A stretch of 63,009 bases of DNA, the filler included, from Chiloscyllium plagiosum (Eukaryota), in the NCBI RefSeq assembly GCF_004010195.1. It is 5 parts of one record of this genome, joined end to end, with 100 filler letters (N's around TTAATTAATTAA, not from the genome) between each part and the next. Parts side by side here need not be neighbours in the genome. Positions count along the whole stretch, not along the records: positions 13,576 to 41,554 come from NC_057712.1; positions 41,655 to 50,531 come from NC_057712.1; positions 50,632 to 56,837 come from NC_057712.1; 2 more parts are not named here. One strand, given 5' to 3'. Position 1 is the first letter of the stretch; every line of letters starts with the position of its first letter. Under the pieces are notes generated by a model, which saw only the letters and a program-made list of their open reading frames with translations, was not told where the DNA came from and made no database searches. Below, one piece after another: positions 38,545 to 50,632 of this stretch. A program made the position numbers and the translations under genes.

Positions 38545-40660
38545 ATAAGATATAAGCCATTCAGCCTATCAGATCATTCAATCAGATCATGGCTGATCTG
38601 TTAGTCCTCAACTCTACTTTCCTGCCTTCCCTCATAATCCTTCATTACCTTACTGATTAAAACTTTGACCATCTCAGCCTTGAATATGCTTCACAACCCA
38701 GTGTTGTCAGCTCTGTGGTACAGAATTCCACAGTTTCACGTTCCTCTGAGAAAAGAAAGTCTTCCTCATCTTTGTCTTAAACATGCAACCCTTTATTCTC
38801 AAATTATGCCATCTGGTCCTAAACTCTCCAACAAGGGGAAAACAAGCTTTCCACATATACCCGGTTAAATCGTCTAAGAATCTTGTGTGATTCCTTAAGC
38901 AGACCTCTCATTCTTCTGTTTTCCAATGTGTATAGGCCCAAACTATTCCATCTCTTCTCCGTCCCTGGTACAAGCTCGGTGACCCTTCTCCAGGCTGCCA
39001 TCTTTCCTGAGATAAAGGGACCAAAACTACTCACATCTTCCAGCTGTGGTCTGAATGGTACCATGAATAGTTTTGATAAAATCTCCCTACTTTTATACTC
39101 ATTCCCTCTGAAATAAAGGCCAATTTCTATTTGCCTTCCCTATTACCCATTGAATTTAGATGTTGGTTTTTCTGTGATTCATTGATGAGGTCTCCCAAAT
39201 TCCTCTGTGCTTCAGCTTTCTACAGACTTCCTCAATTTGAATATTTCTCATCAAAGTACGTAATCCACATTTACCCACATTATATTCTATCTGCCAAGTT
39301 TTTATGTACTCACTTAACCTCTCAATATCTCCCTGCAGACTTTTTGAAACATCCTCACCAGTTGCCTTTCCATTTATTTTTGTGTCCTCTGCAAATCTGG
39401 TGAGAGTGCATTCACTTTCCTCATCATAGTCATTAATATTTTTTGTAAATAACTATGGCCAGAGCACTGATCCCTGTGGCCCAGCGCAAGTGACAGGATG
39501 CCATCCAGAAAATTGCTTCCTCTGAGGTCCATGCAGCCATTAAAAGAAACAGGGAACACTGGTTGTCAGCCTGAAAATGCCCCCCTTCTCCTAACTCTCT
39601 ATCTTCTATGAGTTGGTCAATCATCTGATCAGGATAGTGAAGAAGGCTTTTAGGATTCTTTTAATTATCAGTCAGAGTATTGAGTACAGGAATTGGGAGA
39701 TCATGTTGCGGCTGTACAGGACATTGGTTAGGCCACTTGTAGAATATTGCGTAAAATTCTGGTCTCCTTCCTATCAGAAAGATGTTGAGAAACTTGAAAG
39801 GGTTCAATAGACAATAGACAATAGACAATAGGTGCAGGAGTAGGCCATTCAGCCCTTCGAGCCTGCACCGCCATTCAATATAATCATGGCTGATTATTCC
39901 TAAATGATCAGAAAAGATTCAGAAAAGATTTACAAAGAAGTTGCCAGGGTTGGAGGATTTGAGCTACAGGGAGAGGTTGAATAGGCTCGAGCTGTTTTCC
40001 CTGGAGCGTCGGAGGCTGAGGGGTGACCTTATAGAGGTTTATAAAATCATGAGGGGCATGGATAGGATAAATAGACAAAGTCTTTTCCCCAGGGTTGGGG
40101 AGTCCAGAACTAGAGATTTAGGGTGAGAAGAAAAGATTTAAAAGGAACCTAAGGGGCAACGTTTTTCACACAGAGGGTGGTGCGTGTACGGAATGAGGTG
40201 CCAGAGGAAGTGGTGGAGGCTTGTACAATTACAGCATTTAAAAGGCATCTGGATGGCTATATAAATAGGAAGGGTTTAGTGGGATATGGACCCAAGTGCT
40301 GGCAAATGGGACTAGATTAGGTGAGGATACCTGATCATGGATGAGTTGGACTAAAGGGTCTGTTTCTGTGCTGTACGTGTCTGTGACTCTATGCTAATTT
40401 ACTACCTCCAGAGCGATGGATTCTTTTTGTTTCACAATGGGCTCTTATCTTATTAAGTAAACCAAACATATGATTCCTTATCAGATGCCTTTTGAAAATC
40501 CAAATATATCTCATCCATTGCTTCTCCTTTATCTATCCAGCGTGTCATTTCCCCAAATAATTCTGGTAAATTGGTCAGACATGATTCCCCTTCATGAAGC
40601 CATGCTGATGCTGCTGGACTATATGATGTATTGCTAACTGCTCTGCTGTTACATCCTGTC
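38545..40660. mobile_element. Old minus-strand CR1 with a younger plus-strand CR1 3' part (about 39626-40392) nested inside
   Basis: Minus LGLYTLENRRMRG and SCLTNLPELFGEMTRWIDKGEAMDEIYLDFQKA. Plus LYRTLVRPLVEYCVKFWSP and LRGDLIEVYKIMRG. Confidence 0.82.
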
Positions 40661-40746
40661 ATCTCGGGTCCATTAGTGGTGATGTAAAAGTCTCAGTTCC
40701 AGGCTGCAGCAAATGCCTTTCACGTGGGCACACTGCCAAACCTCAC

Positions 40747-40828
40747 CTGGTTCCTGAGCTGCCTTCCACATCCTGTTTTGAAAGCCCATCTGTTCCCTTG
40801 GTTTCTTCATTGGGTGCAGTGCTATCAC
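40747..40828 (-). CDS. DNAH14: Internal exon of axonemal dynein heavy chain (DNAH14-like), variable linker xDSTAPNEETKGTDGLSKQDVEGSSGT(R)
   Basis: Minus strand cttttgcactcctttcttgccAG|GTGATAGC...GGAACCAG|GTgagg. 82 bp, open, phase 1 to phase 2, joining the next exon as AG+G=Arg. The peptide is poorly conserved, so support is splice sites plus phase. Confidence 0.72.
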
Positions 40829-40885
40829 CTGGCAAGAAAGGAGTGCAAAAGATCAGATGTCAGAGAAATTGCTAACTGCTTTTCA

Positions 40886-41848
40886 CAGCAGAGAGCGGCG
40901 CGAGCTGGGCGGAAGTGAGGTTGGAGCGCAGAGCTGGTCGGGAAGGTAAGTGAAGGTAAGGGTGTGTTCTAGAGCCCAGGCCCTACAAAGTAGGGCCTCC
41001 CTCCCATCCTCCTCCTCTAACCTAACTTTAAAGTACACAGGTAAGCTACTCAGTGTTCTTGTTTTGGAGACAAGGTGTAGAGTAATGGCAGCGCAGGCAG
41101 TGGAATGTTCCTCCTGCAGGATGGGGTAGGGGTGACCACCGATACTCCTGCCGACTTCATCTGCAGGAAATGCAGTCAGATCCTGCTCCTCACAGAACGA
41201 GTTAGGGAACTGGAACTGGAGTTGGATGAACTGAGGATTATTCGAGAGGCTGAGAGGGTGATAGACAGAAGCTACAGGGACATAGCTACGCCAGAGAACA
41301 GAGGGAGCTGGGTAACAGTTAGAGGTGGGAAGGGGAGGAAGCAAGCAGTGTTGATCCCCTGTTGTCGTTCCCCTAAACAATAAGTATACCGCTTTGGATA
41401 CTGTTGGGGGGGACGGCCTAGCAGGGGTAAGCTGCAGTGACCGGGTCTGTGGCGCAGGGTCTGGCTCTGAGACTCAGAAGGGAAAGGGCGAGAGGAGGAC
41501 AGCGCTAGTTATAGGAGACTCTCTAGTTAGAGGGACAGACAGGCGGTTCTGTGGNNNNNNNNNNNNNNNNNNNNNNNNNNNNNNNNNNNNNNNNNNNNTT
41601 AATTAATTAANNNNNNNNNNNNNNNNNNNNNNNNNNNNNNNNNNNNNNNNNNNNTCTTTACCCAGAGAGTGGTGGGGGCATGGAATGCGCTGCCTGTGGG
41701 AGTGGCAGAGTCAGCATCATTGGTGACCTTTAAGCGGCAATTGGATAGGTACATGGATGGGTGCTTAAGCTGGGACAAATGTTCGGCACAACATCGTGGG
41801 CCGAAGGGCCTGTTCTGTGCTGTATTATTCTATGTTCTATGTTCTATG
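40886..41848 (+). mobile_element. CR1 LINE 5' UTR and ORF1 start, then a gap, then a CR1 3' end (possibly one full-length copy collapsed in the gap)
   Basis: ATG at about 41085 (MAAQAVECSSCRM), FICRKC zinc finger, coiled coil ERVRELELELDELRIIRE and SGNH/GDSL start ALVIGDSLVRGTDRRFC. The 3' end at 41655-41848 closely matches 463-657. Confidence 0.85.
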
Positions 41849-42060
41849 CTTCTGTACCTCTCACTGCAGTGAATAAAGGACAACTGGTCTTTTGTAAATC
41901 ACAGTCAGGTGGTTGTTCATGACAAATGTTCGGCACAACATCGTGGGCCGAAGGGCCTGTTCTGTGCTGTATTGTTCTATGTTCTATGCTTCTGTACCTC
42001 TCACTGCAGTGAATAAAGGGCAACTGGTCTTTTGTAAATCACAGTCAGGTGGTTGTTCAT
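41774..42060 (+). repeat. About 140-147-bp tandem duplication of the CR1 tail plus unique flank
   Basis: Units 41774-41920 and 41921-42060 differ by one ttctatg unit and two substitutions. Confidence 0.9.
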
Positions 42061-43174
42061 CAGGACAAAGTGGAGGATCCAGAGGGATCCTTTGTGATTC
42101 TTCTTGTTGCACTCTGTTGATTGGATCCTGTATATTTCAGCACGTCTTTGATGATTATCTAAAACAGAAGTGTGCGGAGGGCTATGGGCAGTGAATCGTT
42201 CCTTCAGAGAGCTAGCTGAGACGTGGCAGGCGAAATGTCATAACTGTTCTGCGTTCACTAACTGGGATTTCCATTAACTGGGAGCTTGGAGCTAAATTAA
42301 ACAACAGAATCTAAGGCTTACAATCTCATGAGACTAGATGAGTTGAAGATATCTGGTCTGCATGGACGAGTGGACCGAAGCATCTGTTTCCATACTGTAC
42401 AGCTCTATGACTCTGCATTACTACAAAAGCCGTATGCATAAATGTGTAGACAAGCAGCTTGAGGAGCTAAACAATACAGGAAGAAACGTACACCGCTGGG
42501 GTCTGAGTCGTAAAAGAAATGTAAAATAGGGCAGTCATGACGGCTTGAAACTAAATAGCTGGAGAGAGGGCTCAGGTCAAAAGGATAGTACAAGCAATAG
42601 ATCCAAAACAACTGAAAGAGGGGAAAAAGATAAAGGAACAGTCAGCAATTGTGGCTGAGGCAACACAGATAAAGGGAAATCTATAAAGTCAGGAGACAGA
42701 AATTAGAACCATCTGAAAGTAGAAAATTAGAGAAGAATACAGGCAACAATGTGGATTAATGGGAGTTCGGGGCTGGGTGAGTGGCTAATATCAGAAAGGT
42801 AGCTCAGTTCCTGAGTGTGTTAAGGGTAGACCTTTGTAACAATATGTCTTGGAACCAACAAGGAGGCAAACAATTGGAGATTTAATCATGAGTAATGAGC
42901 CAGATTTAATGAACAGTCTATCAATGTGTAAACATTTATCTAATAATAATTATAATATCATTGAGGTCAATGTACTGTTTATAAAAGTGAAAGCTGAAAC
43001 AGCTACAAAGATTTTGGCAAGGATTGACTTTAATGCAATGAGATTGTGACTGTCTTCAGTCAACTGAGTAAATCTGATAATAGATAAAACAACAGAGGAT
43101 CAATGAAGAGGTGTTCAAATAAGGAATTTACTTAATTAATTCATGAAATGAGAGCTCCACTGACCAGTCTTGAG

Positions 43175-43870
43175 TTTATTGCTTATCCCTAACTGTCCTT
43201 GAAAAGGTGATGATCAGCCACCTTCTTGAATGGCTGCAGGTCACATGGTGTAGGTAGACCCACTGTGCTCTAGGGAGGGAGCTCCAGGATTTACACCCAA
43301 TGACAGTAAAGGAATGGCAAATGTAGCTCCAAATCACCACAGTGAGTGTCTTGGAGGGGAACTTGCAGGGGGTGGTGTTCCCATGTATCTGCTGTCCTTG
43401 TCCTTCTATTTGGGAGTGACCATGGGTTTGAAAGGTGCTGTCTGAGGAACCTTGGTGAATTTCTGCAGTGCATCTCATAGATGGTACACACTGTTGCTAC
43501 TGAACGGCAGTGGTAGAGGGAGTGGATGTTTGTGGCTGTGGTGCCAATCATGTGGCTGCTTTGTCCTGGATGGTGTCAAGCCTCTTGAGTGTTGTTAGAC
43601 CTGCACTTATTCAGGTGAGTTGGAGGGTATTTGGTCATATTTATGACTTGTGCCTTGGATGGGATTAGAGGAGTGCAGAGGTGAGTTACTCCAACAGAAT
43701 CCACGATTCCTGCAGCAACAGTATTTATACAGCTGTTTGCTAAGTTTCTGGCCCATGGTAAACCCCAGAATCTTGATAGTGGGAGAATTCACTGACGGCA
43801 ACACCAATAAGTCAAGGGCAGAATATAGATTGTCTTTGAAATTGAAGTGGTTATGGTCCACCAACTGTGT
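43175..43870 (-). mobile_element. Non-LTR retrotransposon 3' part (probably the same lineage as 10690-11960)
   Basis: Minus IGTTATNIHSLYHCRSVATVCTIYEMHCRNSPRFLRQHL, preceded by KRLDTIQDKAA-like DNA. Confidence 0.65.
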
Positions 43871-44269
43871 TTTTTGTTTTCTTTATTCTTTCATGGGATA
43901 TGGGCATTGCAAAAAACACCAGCATTTGTTCCCCATCCCCCAATTACCCCAGAACTGTGGCTGAGGGCTGTGAAGAGTGAGCCATGTTGCTGTGGATCTG
44001 CAGCCATATGTAGTTCAGACATGCATAAAGACACCAGCTGGATTTTTACAACAATCGATGATGAGTGTCACATTCATCATTCTCAGATTGGCTTTACGAC
44101 ATTCCACATTTATGAATTGAATTGAATTCACACTAACAGCTCTGTGAACTCATGTCCCCAGGGTATTAGCCTGGGCCTTGAGATGACTAAGACACTAAAC
44201 TTCATCTCCCCTGTGCAGTATGATGCTACTTGGATTATTTCAAAAAATCTCCAAAAGGCATTTGATACA

Positions 44270-45130
44270 CAGAGACATAAGAGATAAGAGCAGGAGTAGG
44301 CCATCTGGCCCTTCAAGCCCGCTCTGCCATTCATTCTGACCGTGGATGATCATTGTGCTCTCCTCTAAAACCCTTCATTATTTAGCCATAGGAACTATAT
44401 CAATCTCCTTCTTGAAAACACGTAACATTTTGTCTCATTCACTTACTGTGGTAGTGAATTGTACAGGCTCACTACTCTATTTATCTCAGTTCTGAAAGGT
44501 TTATCCTTATCCTTAAACCACGACCCCTGGTCTTGACTCCCCACTAAGGGCAACATCCTTCCTGCATCTAACCTATTTGTCCTGTTTGAATTTTATTGGT
44601 TTCTATGAGGTTTCACTCCCCCCCACCCCAAATTCTTCTAAACTCCAGTGAATACAATCCAATCAACTCAATCCCTCTTCATATGTCAGTCCTGTCATTC
44701 TAAGATCAATTTGGCAAACTTCACTGAACATTTTTCCTCAGACAAAGATACCACAACTGTACACAATATTCCAGGTGTGGTCTCACCAATTCCACTTTCC
44801 AATTGCAGCAAGACACCCTGCTCCTGTACCTGAATTCTCTCGGTATGAAGGTGAACATCTCGTTTACGCCCTTTACCACCTGCTGCACCTGCGCTTACTT
44901 AGCGACTGGTGCACTGGGCACCCAGATCTTGTCAGACACTCCCCTCTCTGAATCTACAACCATTCAGGGAATAATCTGCCTTCCTATTTTTGATACCAAA
45001 GTGGATAGCCTCACATTTATCCACATTATACTGCATCTGCCGCTCACTCAGCCTGTCCAAATCACACTGCAACATCTTTACATTCACCTCACAGCTCACC
45101 CTTCCACCCAGCTTTGTGTCGCCTGTAAAT
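44270..45130 (-). mobile_element. Old CR1 3' fragment
   Basis: DTKLGGRVSCE...LQCDLDRLSE.QMQYNVDKCEAIHFG, with a cataaga tail. Confidence 0.78.
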
Positions 45131-45649
45131 AAACTCCCCAATAAGAAACAGCCTGCTAAAGATGAAGGAACATGAAAAACCTGGTTAGAAATTGAGTGTG
45201 GTGTGGGATGTAGAGAGTAGGAATACTCGTCAGCTCCTCAGAGTAGAAGCATATGACCGGTGCTATCACATAAGAATCTGTGGTGGGGTCTGAACTATTT
45301 ACTGTTATTAATGACTGAGATGATGGAATAAAACAACACATACCCAAAATTGAGAATGGCACTGAGACAGGCAGCGTTCTAAACCGCATTGATGTGAACA
45401 TGACATTGTAGTAGGATACTGATAGATTGCATGAATGGACAAAACTGTGGCAAATAGATTTCACTATAGGCAAAGGTGAGGTCATTTGAGTTTATTTCAA
45501 ACTTACTTATAGGATGCGGGTGTCTCTAGGTGGCCAGTATTTATTGCCCATCCCCAAATGCCCCTTCACTTAGAACATAAGAACACAGGAAGATAGGAGC
45601 AGGAGTAGGCTGTCTGGCCCTTCGAGCCTGCTCCAACATTCAATGTGAT

Positions 45650-46520
45650 GTTGTGGTTCTGTTCGCCGAGCTGGGAATTTGTGTTTCAGACATTTCGCCC
45701 CCTGTCTAGGTGACATCCTCAGTGCTTGGGAGCCTCCTGTAAAGCACTTCTGTGATGTTTCCTTCGGCATTTATAGTGGTTTGTCTCTGTCGCTTCCGGT
45801 TGTCAGTTCCAGCTGTCCGCTGCAGTGGCCAGTATATTGGGTCCAGGTTGATGTGTTTGTTGATAGAATCTGTGGATGAGTGCCATGCCTCTAGGAATTC
45901 CCTGGCTATTCTCTGTTTGGCTTGTCCTATAATAGTAGTGTTGTCCCAGTCGAACTCATGTTGCTTGTCATCTGCGTGTGTGGCTACTAAGGATAGCTGN
46001 NNNGTTTGTGTGCTGTTATGAGTCCTAGTGGTTGCTGTAGTCTGGCTGTCAGTTCAGAAATGTTCTTGATGTATGGTAACATGTCTTCTCCTTAGGGTTG
46101 TGGGATGTCCTCATTCCGTTGTCTTCTCCTTAGGCATCTGTTGATGAAATTGCGCGGGTATCCGTTTTTGGTGAATACATTGTATAGGTGTTCTTCTTCC
46201 TCTTTTTGCAGTTCTGGTGTACTGCAGTGTGTTGTGGCCCTTTTGAACAGTGTCTTGATGCAACTTCTTTTGTGTGTGTTGGGGTGGTTGCTTTCTTAGT
46301 TCAGGACTTGGTCTGTGTGTGTGGCTTTCCTGTATACCTTTGTGGTGAATTCTCCATTTGGTGTTCTCTGTACCATCACGTCTAGGAATGAGAGTTGATT
46401 GTCCTTTTCTTCCTCTCTAGTGAATCTGATTCCTGTGAGTTTGGCGTTGATGATCCGGTGTGTGTTTTATATTTCTGTGTTTTTAATGATTACAAACGTG
46501 TCATCTACATATCTGACCCA
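45650..46520 (-). mobile_element. Penelope-like element 3' half (RT YVDD motif, thumb, partial endonuclease, terminus)
   Basis: Minus WVRYVDDTFVIIK and VYRKATHTDQVL...NHPNTHKRSCIKTLFKRATTHCS...NGYP. Confidence 0.88.
45686..45725 (-). ncRNA. Hammerhead-like motif in a Penelope terminus (second family, slightly degenerate)
   Basis: Minus gcaCTGAGGA-tGTCACC tagaca GGGGGC-GAAAtGTC-tga. The relative at about 16564 has GGGGACGAAACGTT. Confidence 0.55.
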
Positions 46521-47463
46521 ACCTTCTTCGCTGTCCACAATACCTCCAATTTTGATGTCATCTGCAAACTTACTAACTATACCTCTTATGCTCACATCCA
46601 AATCATTTACATAAATGATGAAAAGTAGCGGACCAGCACCGATCCTGTGGTACTCCACTGGTCACAGGCCTCCAGTCTGAAAAACAACCTTCCACCACCA
46701 CCCTCTGTCTTCTACCTTTGAGTCAGTTCTGTATCCAAATGGCTAGTTCTCCCTGTATTCCATGAGATCTAACCTTGCTCACGTCTCCCATGGGGAACCT
46801 TGTCGAACGCCTTACTGAAGTCCATCTGGATCACATCTACCGCTCTGCCCTCATCAATTCTCTTTGTTACTTCCTCAAAAAACTCAATCAAGTTTGTGAG
46901 CCATATTTCCCATGCACAAAGCCATGTTGACTGTCCGGAATCAGTCCTTGCCTTTCCAAATACATGTACATCCTGTCCCTCAGGATTCCCTCCAACAATT
47001 GCCCACCACTGAGGTCAGGCTAACTGGTCTATTGTTCCCTGGCTTGTCCTTACCGCCCTTCTTAAACAGTGATAACATGTTAGCCAACCTCCAGTCTTCC
47101 GGCACCTCATCTGTGACTATCGATGATACAAATATTTCAGAAAGAGATCCAGCAATCACTTCTCCAGCTTCCCACAGACTCTAGGGTACACCTGATCGGG
47201 TCCTGGGGATTTATCCATTTTTATACGTTTCAAGACATCCACCACTTCCTCCTCTGTAATATGGACATTTTTTAACATGTCACCATCTATTTCCCGACAT
47301 TCTATATCTTCCATGTCCTTTTCCACAGGAAATAATGATGCAAAATACTCGTTTAGTATCTGCCCCATCTCCTGCAGCTCCATACAAAGGCCACCTTGCT
47401 GATCTTTGAGGGGCCCTATTCTCTCCTTAGTTACCCTTTTGCCCTTAATGTATTTGTAAAAAC
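46521..47463 (-). mobile_element. CR1 LINE RT fragment
   Basis: GPLLFIIYVNDLDVSIRGIVSKFADDIK and MGQILNEYFASLF..KSPGPDQVYPR. Same subfamily as 16785-18610. Confidence 0.88.
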
Positions 47464-47464
47464 T

Positions 47465-49190
47465 CTATTTCACTCGAAATTAATTTAACCTGGGGCAGTG
47501 TTTGTAGAGGAATAAGACGGTATTATTTTCTGGGTCTGCAGATTGTGAAGGAGCAAAAATGGCCTTTAGTAGAGTGATAGGAGATTCTTGTCAGATGTGG
47601 GAGTTTAAAGAGAGTTTAAGGGTTACTGCAGATAATATCTGAAGTAAATGCTGTTGGTTGTGAATCTTATCACATTGAATGGGGGAAAGTCTCAGATACA
47701 GTCACATCGATGGGTTAACTCCAGGAAAGGTAAGAGAGGTAGGCAGCCAGTGCAGGAGCCTTCTATGGCTATCCCCATTTCAAACAGGTATGCTGTTTTG
47801 GATAATGTAGGGGGTGATGGATTCTCAGGGGAACGTAGCACGAACAGCCAAGTTTCTGGTATTGAAACTGGCTCTAATGCAATGAGGGTTCCAAGAGATC
47901 AATTGTGTTAGGGGACGCTCTAGTCCAACGTACAGACAGACGTTTCTGTGTTCAGCAGCGTAAAAGCAGAATGGTGTGTTGCTTCCCTGGTGCCAGGATC
48001 AAAGATATCTCAGAGAGGGTGCAGAATGTTCTCACGGGAGAGAGGGGCCAGCAGGAGGTCATTGTCCACATTGGAACCAATGATATAGGAAGGGAAAAGG
48101 TTGAGATTCTGAAGGGAGATTACAGAGAGTTAGGAAGGAATTTAAAAAGGAGGGCCTCAAGGGTAGTAATATCTGGATTACTCCCAGTGCTACGAGCTAG
48201 TGAGGGCAGGAATAGGAGGATAGAGCAGATGAATGCATGGCTGAGGAGCTGGTGTATGGGAGAAGGATTCACATTTTTGGATCATTGGAATCTCTTTTGG
48301 GATAGAAGTGACCTGTACAAGAAGAACGGATTGCACCTAAATTGGAAGTGAGTCAAACAGTCAGGGCAGGCAGGGACAAGGTAGGACTAATAAATTAAAC
48401 TGCATTTATTTCAATGCAAGGGGCCTAACAGGGAAGGCAGATGAACTCAGGGCATGGTTAGGAACATGGGACTGGGATATCATAGCAATTACAGAAACAT
48501 GGCTCAGGGATGGGCAGGACTGGCAGCTTAATATTCCAGGATACAAATGCTACAGGAAGGATAGAAAGGGAGGCAAGAGAGGAGGAGGTGTGGCATTTTT
48601 GATAAGGGATAGCATTACAGCTGTGCTGAGCGAGGATATTCCCGGAAATACACCCAGGGAAGTTATTTGGGTGGAACTGAGAAATAAGAAAGGGATGATT
48701 ACCTTATTGGGATTGTATTATAGACACCCCTAATAGTCAGAGGGACATTGAGAAAAAAACTTGTAAGGAGATCTCAGCTATCTGTAAGAACAATAGGGTA
48801 GTTATGATAAGGGATTTTAACTTTCCAAACATAGACTGGGACTGCCATAGTGTCAAAGGTTTAGATGGAGAGGAATTTCTTAAGTGTGTACAAGACAATT
48901 TTCTGACTCAGTATGTACCTACTAGAGAAGTTGTAAAACTTGACCTATTCTTGGGAAATAAGGCAGGGCAAGTGACTGAGGTGTCAGTGGGGGAGCACTT
49001 TGGGGCCAGCGACCATAATTATATTAGATTTAAAATAGTGATGGAAAAGGATAGACCAGATCTAAAAGTTCAAGTTCTAAATTGGGGAAAGGCTAATTTT
49101 GACGGAATTAGGCAAGAACTTTCCAAAGCTGATTGGAGACAGATGTTCACAGGCAAAGAGACGGCTGGAAAATGGGAAGCCTTCAGAAAT
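47465..49190 (+). mobile_element. CR1 LINE 5' part: ORF1 (SGNH/GDSL esterase) and ORF2 APE endonuclease
   Basis: ORF 47905-48351 GDALVQRTDRRFC..CFPGARIKD..VHIGTND..GLHLN. Endonuclease motifs YFNARGL, IAITETWL, DFNFPNIDW, LDL and SDHN. Confidence 0.9.
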
Positions 49191-50310
49191 GGGATGGCAT
49201 TTTGGCAAGAGGTAGGGTGGGAAGAGGTGTAATCCAGGTAGCTGTGGGAGTCGGTGGGTTTGTAAAAAATGTCAGTGTCAAGTCGGTCGTCATTAATGGA
49301 GATGGAGAGGTCCAGGAAGGGGAGGGAGGTGTCAGAGGTAAATTTAAGGTCAGGGTGGAATGTGTTGGTGAAGTTGATGAATTGCTCAACCTCCTCGCGG
49401 GAGCACGAGGTGGCGCCAATGCAGTCATCAGTGTAGCAGAGGAAGAGGCGGGGAGTGGTGCCGGTGTAATTACAGAAGATCAACTGTTCTACATAGCCGA
49501 CAAAGAGACAGGCATAGCTGGGGCCCATACATGTGCCCATGGCTACTCCATTGGTCTAGAGGAAGTGGGAGGATTCGAAGGAGAAATTGTTGAGGGTGAG
49601 GACCAGTTCGGCCAAATGAATGAAAGTGTCGGTGGAAGGGTACTGTTGGGGACGTCTGGAGAGGAAAAAACGGAGGGCTTGGAGGCCCTGGTAATGGCGG
49701 ATGGAGGTGTAGAGGGATTGTATATCCATGGTGAAGATAAGGCGTTGGGGGCCGGGGAAATGGAAGTCTTGGAGGAAGTGGAGGGCGTGGGTGGTCACGC
49801 GAGTGTATGTGGGGAGTTCCTAGACTAGGGGGGATACGACAGTGTTGAGGTAGGTAGAGATGAGTTCAGTGGGGCAGGCGCATGCTGAGACAATGGGTCG
49901 GCCAGGGTGGTCAGACTTGTGGATCTTGGGAAGGAGGTAGAACCAGGCAGTGCGGGGTTCCCGGACTATGAGGTTGGAAGCTGTGGGTGGGAGATCTCCT
50001 GAGGTGATGAGGTTCTGTATGGTCTGGGAGATGATGGTTTGGTGATGGGGGGTGGGGTCATGGTCGAGTTGGCAGTAGGAAGAGGTGTCCTCGAGTTGGC
50101 GTTTGGCTTCAGCGGTGTAGAGGTCAGTGCGCCAGACTACTACTGCGCACCCTTTATCCGCTGGCTTAATGGTGAGGTTGGGATTAGCTCTCCATGCTTC
50201 AGGCTCTCTGCCTTTATTCCTGATGAAGGGCTTTTGCCTGAAACGTCGATTTTGCTGCTCGTCGGATGCTGCCTGAATTGCTGTGCTCTTCCAGCACCAC
50301 TGATCCAGAG
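49190..50310 (-). mobile_element. Penelope-like element RT fragment with an inverted terminal segment (about 50186-50310)
   Basis: Minus LIFTMDIQSLYTSI...LVLTLNNFSFE and MGTCMGPSYACLFVGYVE...YTDDC...LPFLDL...IFYKPTDSHSYLDYTSSHP. Confidence 0.9.
50217..50250 (+). ncRNA. Minimal hammerhead motif in the inverted terminus of the Penelope element
   Basis: ttcCTGATGA-A-GGGC tttt GCCT-GAAACGTCgat, with one G-U pair in stem II. Confidence 0.65.
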
Positions 50311-50632
50311 TTATTGTATTGAAACCTGGCGTTAGAATCCTGGGTGGTTATTCCTGGTATTGTTCTGGCAAACTGCAACAATTTAAAGTGACTTTCCTGA
50401 CTTAGATCAGCGCAAAGTGGGAATAAACTCTAGATTTTTCTACTGTTCTTGGCTCAGTTGTCCACTGAGTTTATGAAATGAGTTGTCAAAGCATTTATTT
50501 TTAACTTAAGAGCTTTATTTTCAGGCTTTGGNNNNNNNNNNNNNNNNNNNNNNNNNNNNNNNNNNNNNNNNNNNNTTAATTAATTAANNNNNNNNNNNNN
50601 NNNNNNNNNNNNNNNNNNNNNNNNNNNNNNNT

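Noticed and set aside
46467..46658. Novel RT with two catalytic motifs (FADD and YVDD)
   Set aside because: It is a chance in-frame junction of decayed CR1 and Penelope fragments within a 63-aa ORF.
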